Shown here piece by piece: positions 18,991 through 28,163 of a stretch of 64,000 nt of DNA. How positions within the stretch are numbered: position 1 is the stretch's first letter; each line of letters starts with the position of its first letter. Under the pieces are notes generated by a model, which saw only the letters and a program-made list of their open reading frames with translations, had not been told where the DNA came from and made no database searches. The DNA is from Hyphomicrobiales bacterium. Its GTDB lineage: Bacteria > Pseudomonadota > Alphaproteobacteria > Rhizobiales > NORP267. Location: positions 230,228 through 294,227 of the forward strand of contig JAJFHA010000002.1 of NCBI GenBank assembly GCA_021775875.1. The letters are read 5' to 3'. The position numbers and the translations under genes are program-made.

Positions 18991-20382
18991 CTAGCGTGGG
19001 CCAACCATATTTTCAGGCCGAACGGTTTCATCATATTGCGCGGCGGTTACATAACCAAGGCGAAGCGCCTCTTCTTTCAGCGTGGTCCCGTTCTTATGAG
19101 CGGTTTTCGCAATTTCGGTCGCTTTGTCATAACCGATCAGGGGCGCAAGTGCGGTGACCAGCATCAGGGAACGTTCCATCAGGGCTGCGATCTGCTTGCG
19201 GTCTGGTTTGATATCCTTGACGCATTTGTCGGTGAAGGAGACGGAGGCGTTTGCGATCAACCGAATTGATTGCAACACGTTGAACACCATAACCGGCTTG
19301 AACACATTCAGCTCAAAATGACCCTGGCTGCCGGCAAACGTAACGGTTGTATGGTTGCCCATAACCTGGGCGCAGACCATGGTCATGGCCTCGCACTGGG
19401 TCGGGTTGACCTTGCCGGGCATGATCGAAGAGCCGGGTTCGTTTTCAGGTAGCGCCAGTTCGCCAAGGCCGGACCGGGGCCCGGAACCCAGCAGGCGGAT
19501 ATCGTTGGCGATCTTGAACAGACCCACGGCGATTGTATTGAGGACGCCGGAAACTTCCACCAGTGCATCATGGGCGGCGAGGGCCTCGAATTTATTTTCA
19601 GCGGTGCGGAATGGCAATTTGGTGATTTTTTTCACATGGCTGGCAAATTTCTTCGCGAATTGTGGCTTGGTATTCAGCCCGGTGCCAACCGCAGTGCCGC
19701 CCTGGGCCAATGCATACATTCTGGGAAGGCTGTCGTTGAGGCGGTCGATACCAAGAGCGACTTGTGCGGCGTAACCGGAAAATTCCTGACCCAAAGTCAG
19801 CGGTGTCGCGTCCTGCAAATGGGTGCGGCCGATCTTGATGATGCTGTTCCAGCTGCGTGCCTTTTTCGATAATTCCCGCTGCAGGATTTTCAGGGACGGG
19901 ATCAGGCTGTGATGAATTTCTTCAACAATCGAAATATGCATCGCGGTTGGGAACGTATCGTTTGACGATTGTGACTGATTGACATGATCGTTCGGGTGGA
20001 CCGGGTTCTTGCTGCCAAGCTCGCCGCCGAGGCTTTCAATTGCGAGGTTGGCGATTACTTCGTTGGCATTCATGTTGGATTGGGTCCCGGAGCCGGTTTG
20101 CCAGACAACCAGCGGGAAGTGATCATCATAGTCGCCGTCCGCTACGCTCGCTGCTGCTTTGACGATGGCGTTGCCGCGCTTCTTGTTTAGATCACCGAGA
20201 TCCATATTGGTCATGGCGGCGGCTTGTTTGATGATACCAAGCGCCCGGATCATGGGTTTGGGCATGGTTTCGGAGCCGATTTTGAAATTGATCAGGGACC
20301 GCGCGGTCTGGGCACCGTAATATTTGTTTGCGGGAACTTTCAGGGGGCCGAACGAGTCTGTTTCGGTGCGCGTTTTAACCAT
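18991..20382 (-). CDS. fumC: Class II fumarate hydratase FumC
   Basis: 463 aa. Fumarate lyase signature [16 protein letters not shown], plus [12 protein letters not shown]. Confidence 0.95.
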   Translation of the reverse strand: MVKTRTETDSFGPLKVPANKYYGAQTARSLINFKIGSETMPKPMIRALGIIKQAAAMTNMDLGDLNKKRGNAIVKAAASVADGDYDDHFPLVVWQTGSGTQSNMNANEVIANLAIESLGGELGSKNPVHPNDHVNQSQSSNDTFPTAMHISIVEEIHHSLIPSLKILQRELSKKARSWNSIIKIGRTHLQDATPLTLGQEFSGYAAQVALGIDRLNDSLPRMYALAQGGTAVGTGLNTKPQFAKKFASHVKKITKLPFRTAENKFEALAAHDALVEVSGVLNTIAVGLFKIANDIRLLGSGPRSGLGELALPENEPGSSIMPGKVNPTQCEAMTMVCAQVMGNHTTVTFAGSQGHFELNVFKPVMVFNVLQSIRLIANASVSFTDKCVKDIKPDRKQIAALMERSLMLVTALAPLIGYDKATEIAKTAHKNGTTLKEEALRLGYVTAAQYDETVRPENMVGPR

Positions 20383-20645
20383 TTATCGAATCTCTCACCA
20401 ATGTAGATGTTTCATAACTACCGGCATTAGCTACTCAACACGAGATTGGTCAAGGGTTTCAGCCTTGGTCTTTTGTTTGGATCATTACGGTTTGCAGTCG
20501 TTGGCCGGGGATAAATTTTAGCTGCCTTTAAACTGGCAAGTCGCCAAGCATGACCAATTGATTAGGAATGTTGTCGCAAAGTTGATGCACATAATTTCGA
20601 TATTGTGCTATCAGAAAATTGTAAAAACAGATCTGACGAGAGCAA

Positions 20646-21034
20646 TGTTTGTATTCTTGAAGAAATTTTTTCTGACAGGATTTGTCCTTTTCGCCATGTT
20701 TGCGGCGTCGGGAATATTGCATTCGGCTGCATTTCGCGCAGTTTCTGCTGATAGCCAGATCAGTTTTTCTCTGAACGTTGATGACTCTGCCGGGGCTGCG
20801 TCTCTGGAAAATCATACGACGCCGTCTGGATTAGCTCACGTCGTTGCGTTCGAGCCGACCCCTTGCCAATCAGAAAATGCCTGTTCCAGTCCAACCTGTA
20901 CCAGTCTTTTCCTCATCGAGGTTATGGCTTTTGCGTGCCATTTAAATTCTGATTTGAATGTTCAGGCCGGGTTGGCACTTATGACCGGGCTGTTTGTCTC
21001 TCCTCCTTCGGGTCCTCCACGCATCTATTCCTGA
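20646..21034 (+). CDS. Hypothetical small secreted Cys-containing protein
   Basis: Start placed at the internal Met of ORF 20558..21034, giving signal-like MFVFLKKFFLTGFVLFAMFAASGILHSAA. No family recognised. An overlapping minus-strand ORF (20528..20815) looks less protein-like. Confidence 0.3.
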
Positions 21035-21112
21035 TCTTGATTTGATACAGGCGTGTCGCCTCTTGCTGCATGCGCCTTGTGACCAATTTTTTTGACCAGG
21101 AGTTTATGAGAG

Positions 21113-21730
21113 ATGACTATCTCAAGAAGAATGATTTTGGGTGGCGGGATGGCAGTTGCTGCAGTAGCGCTGTTGCCCGGCCAAGCATCGGCTGGATTTT
21201 TCAGCCGGACCACTCGCTTATATGCTGATCCGAATGAAGAATATCAGATCCGCACCCGGGGTCTCGCGATGATCCCGCGGGAGTTCCGCAAACGTGACGT
21301 TCGTCACGACACCGGATATGCGCCGGGAACCATCGTGATCGATACCGCAAACAGGTTCCTGTATTTTCAGCAGGAAGATGGCCGGGCATTGCGCTACGGT
21401 GTTGGTATTGGCCGCCAGGGCTTTTCATGGAACGGAACCGCTACAATCCGGCGCAAGGCGAGATGGCCCGATTGGCATCCGCCGGCAGCGATGCGTCGTC
21501 GTCAGCCATATCTGCCGCGCCACGTGGCAGGCGGGTTGGAGAACCCATTGGGGGCGCGTGCGCTTTATCTCTATCAGGGCGGGCGTGATACGCTTTACCG
21601 TATCCACGGCACGATTGAGCCTGAGTCGATTGGACGAGCAATGTCGTCGGGCTGCGTGCGCATGGTGAACGAAGAAGTCGTTGACCTTTACGAGCAGGTT
21701 CCGATCGGGACCAAAGTGGTCGTAATTTAA
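21113..21730 (+). CDS. L,D-transpeptidase (YkuD domain), secreted
   Basis: 205 aa. Signal peptide ending in ASA, and catalytic motif HGT...SSGCVRM. Confidence 0.85.
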   Translation: MTISRRMILGGGMAVAAVALLPGQASAGFFSRTTRLYADPNEEYQIRTRGLAMIPREFRKRDVRHDTGYAPGTIVIDTANRFLYFQQEDGRALRYGVGIGRQGFSWNGTATIRRKARWPDWHPPAAMRRRQPYLPRHVAGGLENPLGARALYLYQGGRDTLYRIHGTIEPESIGRAMSSGCVRMVNEEVVDLYEQVPIGTKVVVI

Positions 21731-21790
21731 AGATGATTGTTTTCCGGGTTGTGGCTGGTGGCAGTGAATTTGTCACCGGTTACAGCCGGG

Positions 21791-22351
21791 TCAGCTTTTC
21801 TTGCGGAATGAGTCCAGCTGTACGACTTCGCCGGTAGCGTTTTTTTCCTGCTCGACCGGTTCTTCTTCCGGGGCAGGGGTGTCGCCCAATAATTGTTCAA
21901 GGACGTCGGCCGTACGCTTGTCGTCGCCGATATCGGCGCTTTTTATCGGTGATACCGCTTCAATTTTCTCCGCGCCATCAATATCAGAGTTGGCGCTTTC
22001 CACATCAAACTGAAGTCCAAACTGGATGCTTGGATCGCTGAAGCCGGTAATGGCGGCATACGGTATTCGTAATTTCTCAGATTTATTGTCGAAGGACAAT
22101 TCCACCTGAAATTCGTTTTCCTCCACCTTCATGCCCCAAAATTGGTGCTGGAGGACAATAGTCATTTCATCTGGATATTCTTCCTGGAACCGCTCGGAAA
22201 TCCGTACACCGGGTGCATCGGTCTTGAATGAAATGAAAAAATGATGTTCGCCCGGAAGGCCGTTTTCAGCGGCCTCCAGGAGAACTTCGCGCACGACACC
22301 GCGCAACGCATTTTGTACTTTTAGATCATAGCGGAAATAATCGTCAGCCAT
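21791..22351 (-). CDS. sspB: SspB-type ClpXP adaptor (alphaproteobacterial stringent starvation protein B homologue)
   Basis: Start placed at Met42 (MADDYFRYDL). N-terminal domain ALRGVVREVL...GEHHFFISFKT...VLQHQFW resembles the SspB substrate-binding fold. Acidic linker and C-terminal VVQLDSFRKK resemble a ClpX-binding tail. Confidence 0.7.
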   Translation of the reverse strand: MADDYFRYDLKVQNALRGVVREVLLEAAENGLPGEHHFFISFKTDAPGVRISERFQEEYPDEMTIVLQHQFWGMKVEENEFQVELSFDNKSEKLRIPYAAITGFSDPSIQFGLQFDVESANSDIDGAEKIEAVSPIKSADIGDDKRTADVLEQLLGDTPAPEEEPVEQEKNATGEVVQLDSFRKKS

Positions 22352-22469
22352 CGGCTTTGCCTCAGTCCCTGCATTCGAATTTGCTTGTCCAGATTGAGAA
22401 CAGATTCTCAACGGCCGCACAATCCCGTTTTTGCCCGTTTTTGCCCTGTTTTCTGCGAAAGGGCCGCTC

Positions 22470-22800
22470 CGCAAACGAACCGAGAAAGTGGAGGCTTCTG
22501 TTGCCAGGTGCCTCCGGACCCCGCCTGACCTTGCTAAAGACCAGGACTTAAGTTCGGTTTTTCGCGCTAACTATGCAGCGAGAGCAACCTCAGCGTTGTT
22601 GTCATTTGCAACTACTGTTTTGGTCCGATATCGGTGGTACCATGCCGAGCGAAAACAAGTCTTTTACACCCTCGTCGATCCTATTTCGCCCCCACAGATG
22701 CCGTCAAAATTTGACTAACAGCATGTGGTGGAGGCGCCGGGTACCGCCCCCGGGTCCGAATGGCTTATTGCAACCGTCATTTATCGCCATAGTCAGAATG
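22470..22800 (-). ncRNA. ssrA: Circularly permuted two-piece tmRNA gene (ssrA): acceptor piece, about 32-nt intervening segment, coding piece
   Basis: On the minus strand the acceptor piece ends CCGGGGGCGGTACCCGG-CGCCTCC-ACCA (CCA at 22726-22728). The coding piece starts GGGGGCGAAATAGGATCGACGAGGG (5' end at 22693). GGGGGCG pairs with CGCCTCC, giving the G3:U Ala identity pair. Tag frame 22609->22571 reads GCA AAT GAC AAC AAC GCT GAG GTT GCT CTC GCT GCA TAG = ANDNNAEVALAA*. The outer ends are approximate. Confidence 0.8.
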
Positions 22801-22882
22801 AACTGACAGGGTATATATAGGCCCGAAAGGTGTTGAAATAAAGTAGTGAAAAATCGAATTTCCAAAACGGGAGAATTATCGC

Positions 22883-23302
22883 ATGGTCCAGACCCTCAAT
22901 CCTACGAAGATTTTTACACCTGTGAGCGCCTATAGCCACGGGGTTTTGATCCCTGCCGGGGCGGAAATAATTGTAACGTCCGGTGCGGTCGGCATGGACC
23001 GGGACGGTAATGTGCCGGAGGACTTTGAATCCCAGTGCCGGCTGGTTTGGTCGAGCATCGAGCATATTCTCGGTGAAGCCGGCTGGGGTCTGGACACGAT
23101 TGTGCGTATCAATGGATTTTTGAAACGGCGCGAAGATACACCTGCGTTTCGTGCGATCCGGGATGAAATGGTGCCGCAAAAACCGGCGGCGACAATTGTA
23201 CTTGCCGAGTTGATAGATCCATCCTGGTTGATCGAGGTGGAAGTGACGGCGGCACGGGTTTCTCCCGGAGCAGGCGAAATAATGCACGAAGGTAGCCGGT
23301 AG
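22883..23302 (+). CDS. RidA/YjgF/UK114-family protein
   Basis: 139 aa. YSHGVLIPAGAEIIVTSGAVGMD...IEVEVTA pattern is typical of the RidA fold. Confidence 0.75.
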   Translation: MVQTLNPTKIFTPVSAYSHGVLIPAGAEIIVTSGAVGMDRDGNVPEDFESQCRLVWSSIEHILGEAGWGLDTIVRINGFLKRREDTPAFRAIRDEMVPQKPAATIVLAELIDPSWLIEVEVTAARVSPGAGEIMHEGSR

Positions 23303-23349
23303 AAACCGGCGGCGCTGAAATGTCTGACAGAATCAGTTAGAACAAGGCC

Positions 23350-24144
23350 ATGCAGACTTATCTTGATTTGTTATCGCGCATCGTCAACGAAGGCGCCGAC
23401 AAGGGTGACCGGACCGGCACCGGCACGCGCTCCGTGTTTGGCCATCAAATGCGGTTCGATCTGAGTGAAGGGTTTCCGCTGCTGACCACCAAGAAGCTGC
23501 ATCTGAAATCCATCGTCCACGAATTGCTCTGGTTTTTAAGCGGCGATACCAATATTGCTTATCTCCAGAATGAAGGCGTTCGTATCTGGGATGAATGGGC
23601 CGATGAAAAGGGCAGCCTTGGTCCGGTCTACGGTCATCAATGGCGCTCGTGGCCGGATCATGACGGGCGGGGCATTGACCAGATTTCATGGCTGATGCGG
23701 GAATTGAAGGAAAATCCGAATTCCCGGAGGCTGATCGTTTCCGCATGGAACGTTGCGGACGTCGACAAGATGGCGTTGCCGCCGTGCCATTGTCTGTTTC
23801 AATTCTATGTGGCGGACGGGAAACTGTCCTGCCAGCTTTACCAGCGCTCAGCCGATGTGTTTCTGGGGGTTCCGTTCAATATTGCATCTTATGCCTTGCT
23901 GGCGCTTATGGTGGCGCAGGTGAGCGGGTATGAGCCGGGCGAATTTATCCACACCTTTGGTGACGCCCATCTTTATTCAAATCATCTTGAGCAAGCGGCG
24001 GAGCAATTAAGCCGTACGCCGCGGGCTTTGCCTGAAATTGAACTCAATGGTGATGTGCAATCGATTTTCGATTTCACCTATGAGGATTTCAAACTTCACG
24101 GTTACGATCCCCATCCCCATATCAAGGCTGAGGTGTCTGTATAA
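23350..24144 (+). CDS. thyA: Thymidylate synthase ThyA
   Basis: 264 aa. DRTGTGT, catalytic-Cys motif [14 protein letters not shown], and [17 protein letters not shown]. Confidence 0.95.
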   Translation: MQTYLDLLSRIVNEGADKGDRTGTGTRSVFGHQMRFDLSEGFPLLTTKKLHLKSIVHELLWFLSGDTNIAYLQNEGVRIWDEWADEKGSLGPVYGHQWRSWPDHDGRGIDQISWLMRELKENPNSRRLIVSAWNVADVDKMALPPCHCLFQFYVADGKLSCQLYQRSADVFLGVPFNIASYALLALMVAQVSGYEPGEFIHTFGDAHLYSNHLEQAAEQLSRTPRALPEIELNGDVQSIFDFTYEDFKLHGYDPHPHIKAEVSV

Positions 24145-24401
24145 TGACAGGCTGGTGGCTTTCGGTTTTCATGTTCGTCAACGGTGCCTGGGTGTCCGGG
24201 GCGTCTTTGGAAGTGGATGGCTGGGCGCCGCGTGAATATGAAACCAGTGAAATTTGCGAAACCCGCAAGGCCTTTACCATCGGCTCCCTCGCTCAATCGG
24301 CGGCGGCGGGACGCGCGGTGACGCCAACCCATTGGGTTTGCAACGAAGGCGCGGCCCTGACCGAGGTGCCTGCCGATCTGCCGCCGCCGGTCGTGGAATA
24401 G
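24144..24401 (+). CDS. Hypothetical small membrane-anchored protein between thyA and folA
   Basis: 85 aa. The ATG overlaps the thyA stop (TAATG) and the ORF ends 10 nt before the folA start. N-terminal hydrophobic WWLSVFMFVNGAWVSGA. No family recognised. Confidence 0.45.
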   Translation: MTGWWLSVFMFVNGAWVSGASLEVDGWAPREYETSEICETRKAFTIGSLAQSAAAGRAVTPTHWVCNEGAALTEVPADLPPPVVE

Positions 24402-24411
24402 GGTTGTCCGG

Positions 24412-24930
24412 GTGATATCTGTATCGATCATCGTTGCGGCATCAACGAACAACGTGATTGGCTCCAATGGCGGGATGCCCTGGAAATTGCCGTCAGATTT
24501 GAAGCGGTTTCGGCAATTGACCATGGGCAAGCCGATTGTTATGGGGCGCAAAACATTTGAATCGATCGGTCGTCCGCTGGATGGGCGCGAAAACATCGTG
24601 GTGACAAGGGATGCAAGTTTTTCAGCGCCGGGCATAATTGTTTGTGCCAATATCGGTGCGGCGATTACGGCGGGACACGAAGCTGCGGAAAAGACCGGTG
24701 CCGACGAGGTGATGATTATTGGTGGTGGTGAAATTTATCGTGGCGCTCTCGAATTTGTGAGCCGGATTTATCTCACGCGCGTGCATCGTGATATTCAAGG
24801 TGATACGGTCTTCCCGGACCTTGATCTGGATGTTTGGGAGGAGATTCTTTCTGAACCCCAACAACGCCCGGAGACAGATAGTGATGATACCAGCTTTCAT
24901 ATTTTCGAACGGCGCGGGCTTTCTGATTGA
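24412..24930 (+). CDS. folA: Dihydrofolate reductase FolA
   Basis: 172 aa, GTG start. IIVAASTNNVIGSNGGMPWKLPSDLKRFRQLTMGKPIVMGRKTFESIG. Confidence 0.9.
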   Translation: MISVSIIVAASTNNVIGSNGGMPWKLPSDLKRFRQLTMGKPIVMGRKTFESIGRPLDGRENIVVTRDASFSAPGIIVCANIGAAITAGHEAAEKTGADEVMIIGGGEIYRGALEFVSRIYLTRVHRDIQGDTVFPDLDLDVWEEILSEPQQRPETDSDDTSFHIFERRGLSD

Positions 24931-24951
24931 CCACGCATTGAATACATCATC

Positions 24952-26331
24952 ATGAGCGGCCCGGTCTATCATTCCGTCCTTGAAGCCATCGGTGATACGC
25001 CTCTCCACGAGGTAACCCGTATCGATACGGGTAAGTGCCGGTTATTCCTGAAACTCGAAAACCAAAATCCCGGTGGGTCAATCAAGGATCGGATCGGGCG
25101 CTCGATGATTGAGGCGGCGGAAACATCTGGCGCGCTCAAACCGGGTGGGACGATTGTTGAAGCGACCGCTGGCAATACAGGTCTGGGGTTGGCTGTTGTT
25201 GCCGGTCAAAAGGGTTATAAACTTATTCTGATTGTGCCGGACAAGATGGCACAGGAGAAAATTTTCCATCTGCGCGCCCTTGGCGTCGATGTACGGTTGA
25301 CGCGCTCAGATGTGGGCAAGGGGCATCCTGATTATTATCAGGATATCGCGGCCAAGCTTTGTGCTGAAAACCCTGATTATTTTTACGCCAACCAATTTGA
25401 AAATCCGGCCAACCCGGCGGCGCACGAAGAAACCACCGGCCCGGAAATAGCGGCTCAACTGGCCAGTATAGGGCTTGCTGCTGACGCGATCGTTTGCGGC
25501 GTTGGTTCCGGCGGCACCCTCACCGGATTGTGGAATTATTTCTCCAAATCAGGAGCAAGCACCGAGATGGTTTTGGCCGATCCTGAGGGGTCTATTCTCG
25601 CGGAATATGTGGCTACAGGAAAGCTTTCCAAGGACGTCGGGTCGTGGATGGTTGAAGGGATTGGCGAAGATTTTATTCCGCCTGTCCTTGATTTGAGGGG
25701 GGTAAAAAATGCTTACACAATTGATGATGCCGAGAGCTTTGCCACGGCGCGGGAATTGCTGAAGGCGGAAGGTATTATTGCTGGGTCTTCCAGCGGAACG
25801 CTGATCTCGGCGGCGCTTCGCTATTGCCGCGAACAGACACAAGCCAAGACAATTGTCAGTTTCGTTTGCGATTCAGGAAACAAATATTTATCCAAAATTT
25901 ACAACGACTTCTGGATGGCGGACAACAATTTTCTTGAGCTGGATATGAAGGGCGATCTGCGCGATCTGATTCTGCGTAAACATGCCGAAGGCAATTCCAT
26001 AATTGTCGCCCCGAATACCGATCTGAAACGGGTCTACGGCCAGATGAAGCTCTATGATGTTTCGCAGGTTCCGGTGCTTGACGGAGATGAATTGCTGGGT
26101 CTGGTTGACGAAGAGGATATCCTGCTGCGGGTTTATCAGCAGAAAAATTTCAACGGTGTAGCATCAGATATTATGACTACTGATCTGGTGACCGTTGATG
26201 CCGGTGAAGAGCTGACACGACTGCTAGATCTGTTCACTCATGGCATGGTCGCGCTGATCACCCACAAGGGTAAATATCAGGGGTTGGTGACAAAAATTGA
26301 CGTATTGAACCATTTGCGGATGACGCAATAA
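24952..26331 (+). CDS. Cystathionine beta-synthase-type PLP enzyme (CysK/CBS fold with C-terminal tandem CBS domains)
   Basis: 459 aa. PLP-Lys motif NPGGSIKDR, GNTG, GVGSGGT, and a C-terminal CBS pair (VSQVPVLDGDELLGLV...GMVALITHKGKYQGLVT). Confidence 0.85.
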   Translation: MSGPVYHSVLEAIGDTPLHEVTRIDTGKCRLFLKLENQNPGGSIKDRIGRSMIEAAETSGALKPGGTIVEATAGNTGLGLAVVAGQKGYKLILIVPDKMAQEKIFHLRALGVDVRLTRSDVGKGHPDYYQDIAAKLCAENPDYFYANQFENPANPAAHEETTGPEIAAQLASIGLAADAIVCGVGSGGTLTGLWNYFSKSGASTEMVLADPEGSILAEYVATGKLSKDVGSWMVEGIGEDFIPPVLDLRGVKNAYTIDDAESFATARELLKAEGIIAGSSSGTLISAALRYCREQTQAKTIVSFVCDSGNKYLSKIYNDFWMADNNFLELDMKGDLRDLILRKHAEGNSIIVAPNTDLKRVYGQMKLYDVSQVPVLDGDELLGLVDEEDILLRVYQQKNFNGVASDIMTTDLVTVDAGEELTRLLDLFTHGMVALITHKGKYQGLVTKIDVLNHLRMTQ

Positions 26332-26343
26332 AATTAGTAACGA

Positions 26344-27477
26344 TTATTTTCCTCCACCCAATTCTGCTTGAAGCGAAAATAGCACCAGCATGTCCTTGAG
26401 CGAGACAACGCCTGCCAGGTTTCCGTTTTCGGTCACGATAAGACGGCTGATTTCCGCACTCTGAACACGCTTGATCATGTCTTGTGCGTCCAAATTCGCG
26501 TCGATTGTATTGTCATCGGTGCACCGAATCATGATCTGGCGAACCGTCATGGTCTGCCATTGCGGGCGAGGGATATTTTTGATCTGTACGGTTGTAACCA
26601 ATCCGGCGAGTTGGCCATTTTCAATCACCGGAAACAGCTTGTGGTGATATTTGTAGACATAGTTTTCAACCAGATCGTGAATACTTATGTCAGGCGTTAC
26701 ACTGATCGGATCACTGGTCATGAAATCGGCGACGTGCTTGCCTTCCAGTACGCTCTGGATGCGAGTTTGTAAAAGCTGCGCGGCGGCGGCACCGCGGACA
26801 AAAAGCCCCATTAATATCCACCAAAGTCCGGGCACGAAGCTGCCACTTAACATGCTGAAAAGTCCCAACCCCATCAGAATGTATCCAAATGTAATCCCGC
26901 CATTGGCAGCGACCCCCGTTGCCCATTTCAAATCACCTTTCCAGTGCCACAGGGCAGCGCGAAATACGCGTCCGCCATCAAGGGGAAATGCCGGTACCAG
27001 ATTAAACACTGCGATCAGGATGTTAAAAAACGCCAGATACGACAAAATGCCGTAAAGCGCCTGGTTGAATGCCAATTCCCTGGCAAACACGTAAACAATA
27101 TAAAAAGCGCCGGAGAGAAACAGGCTCGCGATTGGCCCGGCAATGGCAATCATGAATTCCGCGCGGGCACTCCTGGGTTCAGATTCCATCTCGGCAACGC
27201 CGCCGAATACAAAAAGCGTGATCGATTTGATTGAAACGCCGAAGAGCCGGGCGACCAGGGAGTGGGAAAATTCGTGGAAAATGATTGAGAAGAAAAGTCC
27301 GAATGCACCAACGATGCCCATCCCCCAATAGGTTGATTTGGGCAATCCCTCATAAACAGTCGGGAAATATCCGTTTGCAAGGGACCATGCAATGAGGACT
27401 GCTATAATTATCCAGCTCCAGTCGATTTTCACATTGATGCGAAATAAATTGAATAAAGTTATTTGCGGTCCAAACAT
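26344..27477 (-). CDS. M50 site-2-protease-family membrane metalloprotease with C-terminal CBS pair
   Basis: HEFSHSLVA (HExxH), downstream NLVPAFPLDGG, and CBS domains at the C-terminus. Start placed at Met15 (MFGPQ) to avoid overlapping the upstream gene. The ORF as listed extends to 27519. Confidence 0.75.
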   Translation of the reverse strand: MFGPQITLFNLFRINVKIDWSWIIIAVLIAWSLANGYFPTVYEGLPKSTYWGMGIVGAFGLFFSIIFHEFSHSLVARLFGVSIKSITLFVFGGVAEMESEPRSARAEFMIAIAGPIASLFLSGAFYIVYVFARELAFNQALYGILSYLAFFNILIAVFNLVPAFPLDGGRVFRAALWHWKGDLKWATGVAANGGITFGYILMGLGLFSMLSGSFVPGLWWILMGLFVRGAAAAQLLQTRIQSVLEGKHVADFMTSDPISVTPDISIHDLVENYVYKYHHKLFPVIENGQLAGLVTTVQIKNIPRPQWQTMTVRQIMIRCTDDNTIDANLDAQDMIKRVQSAEISRLIVTENGNLAGVVSLKDMLVLFSLQAELGGGK

Positions 27478-27496
27478 ATCAAATGCTCCTGTTGAT

Positions 27497-27946
27497 TCAC
27501 ATTCTGATGAAATCCACAAAATGATCAGGAAGGTCGTGGATGGCGACCTTTGTCAGGTCCTTGTTCAAGGTATTGATTATCATGTCGGATACAGGCTTCG
27601 TGAATTCAGCCCGCAAATCACCCAGTGTTTTTGGCGGGGCAACAATTATCAGTTGCTCATAGGATTTTTTAAGCCGATGCTCTTCCAGAAGATGGGCAAG
27701 GCTTTGGGCAAATACCTGTTGTTCATGGCGATGCGGGTCGGTGGGGGATTCCATGGCATGGCGACCTTGCCCCCCACGATCAAAAGTTCGGCCGGGCCGG
27801 TCGCTCGTCAGTTCGCCGCTTGGTCGGTTGTCAGCGATGAATTCTTCGCCAAGCGCTGGTTCCAGACCTGAACCGTATCCCTTGTTGACCAGCATCCGCG
27901 CGCGGGCACCGTCGGCAATCAATATCCATGTGATTTTATTTTTCAT
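27497..27946 (-). CDS. Host-attachment-protein family protein
   Basis: From Met12: MKNKITWILIADGARARML...PTDPHRHEQQVFAQSLAHLLEE...LIIVAPPKTLGDLR matches my memory of the 'protein required for attachment to host cells' family. The start is inferred from ORF-track arithmetic. Confidence 0.65.
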   Translation of the reverse strand: MKNKITWILIADGARARMLVNKGYGSGLEPALGEEFIADNRPSGELTSDRPGRTFDRGGQGRHAMESPTDPHRHEQQVFAQSLAHLLEEHRLKKSYEQLIIVAPPKTLGDLRAEFTKPVSDMIINTLNKDLTKVAIHDLPDHFVDFIRM

Positions 27947-28163
27947 CGTTCGACCTTCCCAAATATATTGTTCAGCCAAGCCGATATTATAGACCTTTCA
28001 GGGCAGGGCGGCTTGATCTAGGCCAAGTCGAAAGGCCTTTTCTGAGATTTTCCTTTCGCAATTCCGCCAGCCCAGCAGATATCCCTGCGTCATTTATTTC
28101 AGGTCTTGACCTCCGGGATTCTAGTGCCCAATTTGGTTGCAAATATGAATTCAGGAGAGAGAA

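Noticed and set aside
28020-28041. Hairpin AGGCC-aagtcgaaa-GGCCT followed by TTTT, upstream of the gamma-lyase-family gene, considered as a terminator or SAM-type riboswitch element
   Set aside because: There is no upstream plus-strand gene to terminate. The stem is only 5 bp, and I could not recognise SAM-II or other riboswitch consensus by eye. Left unassigned.
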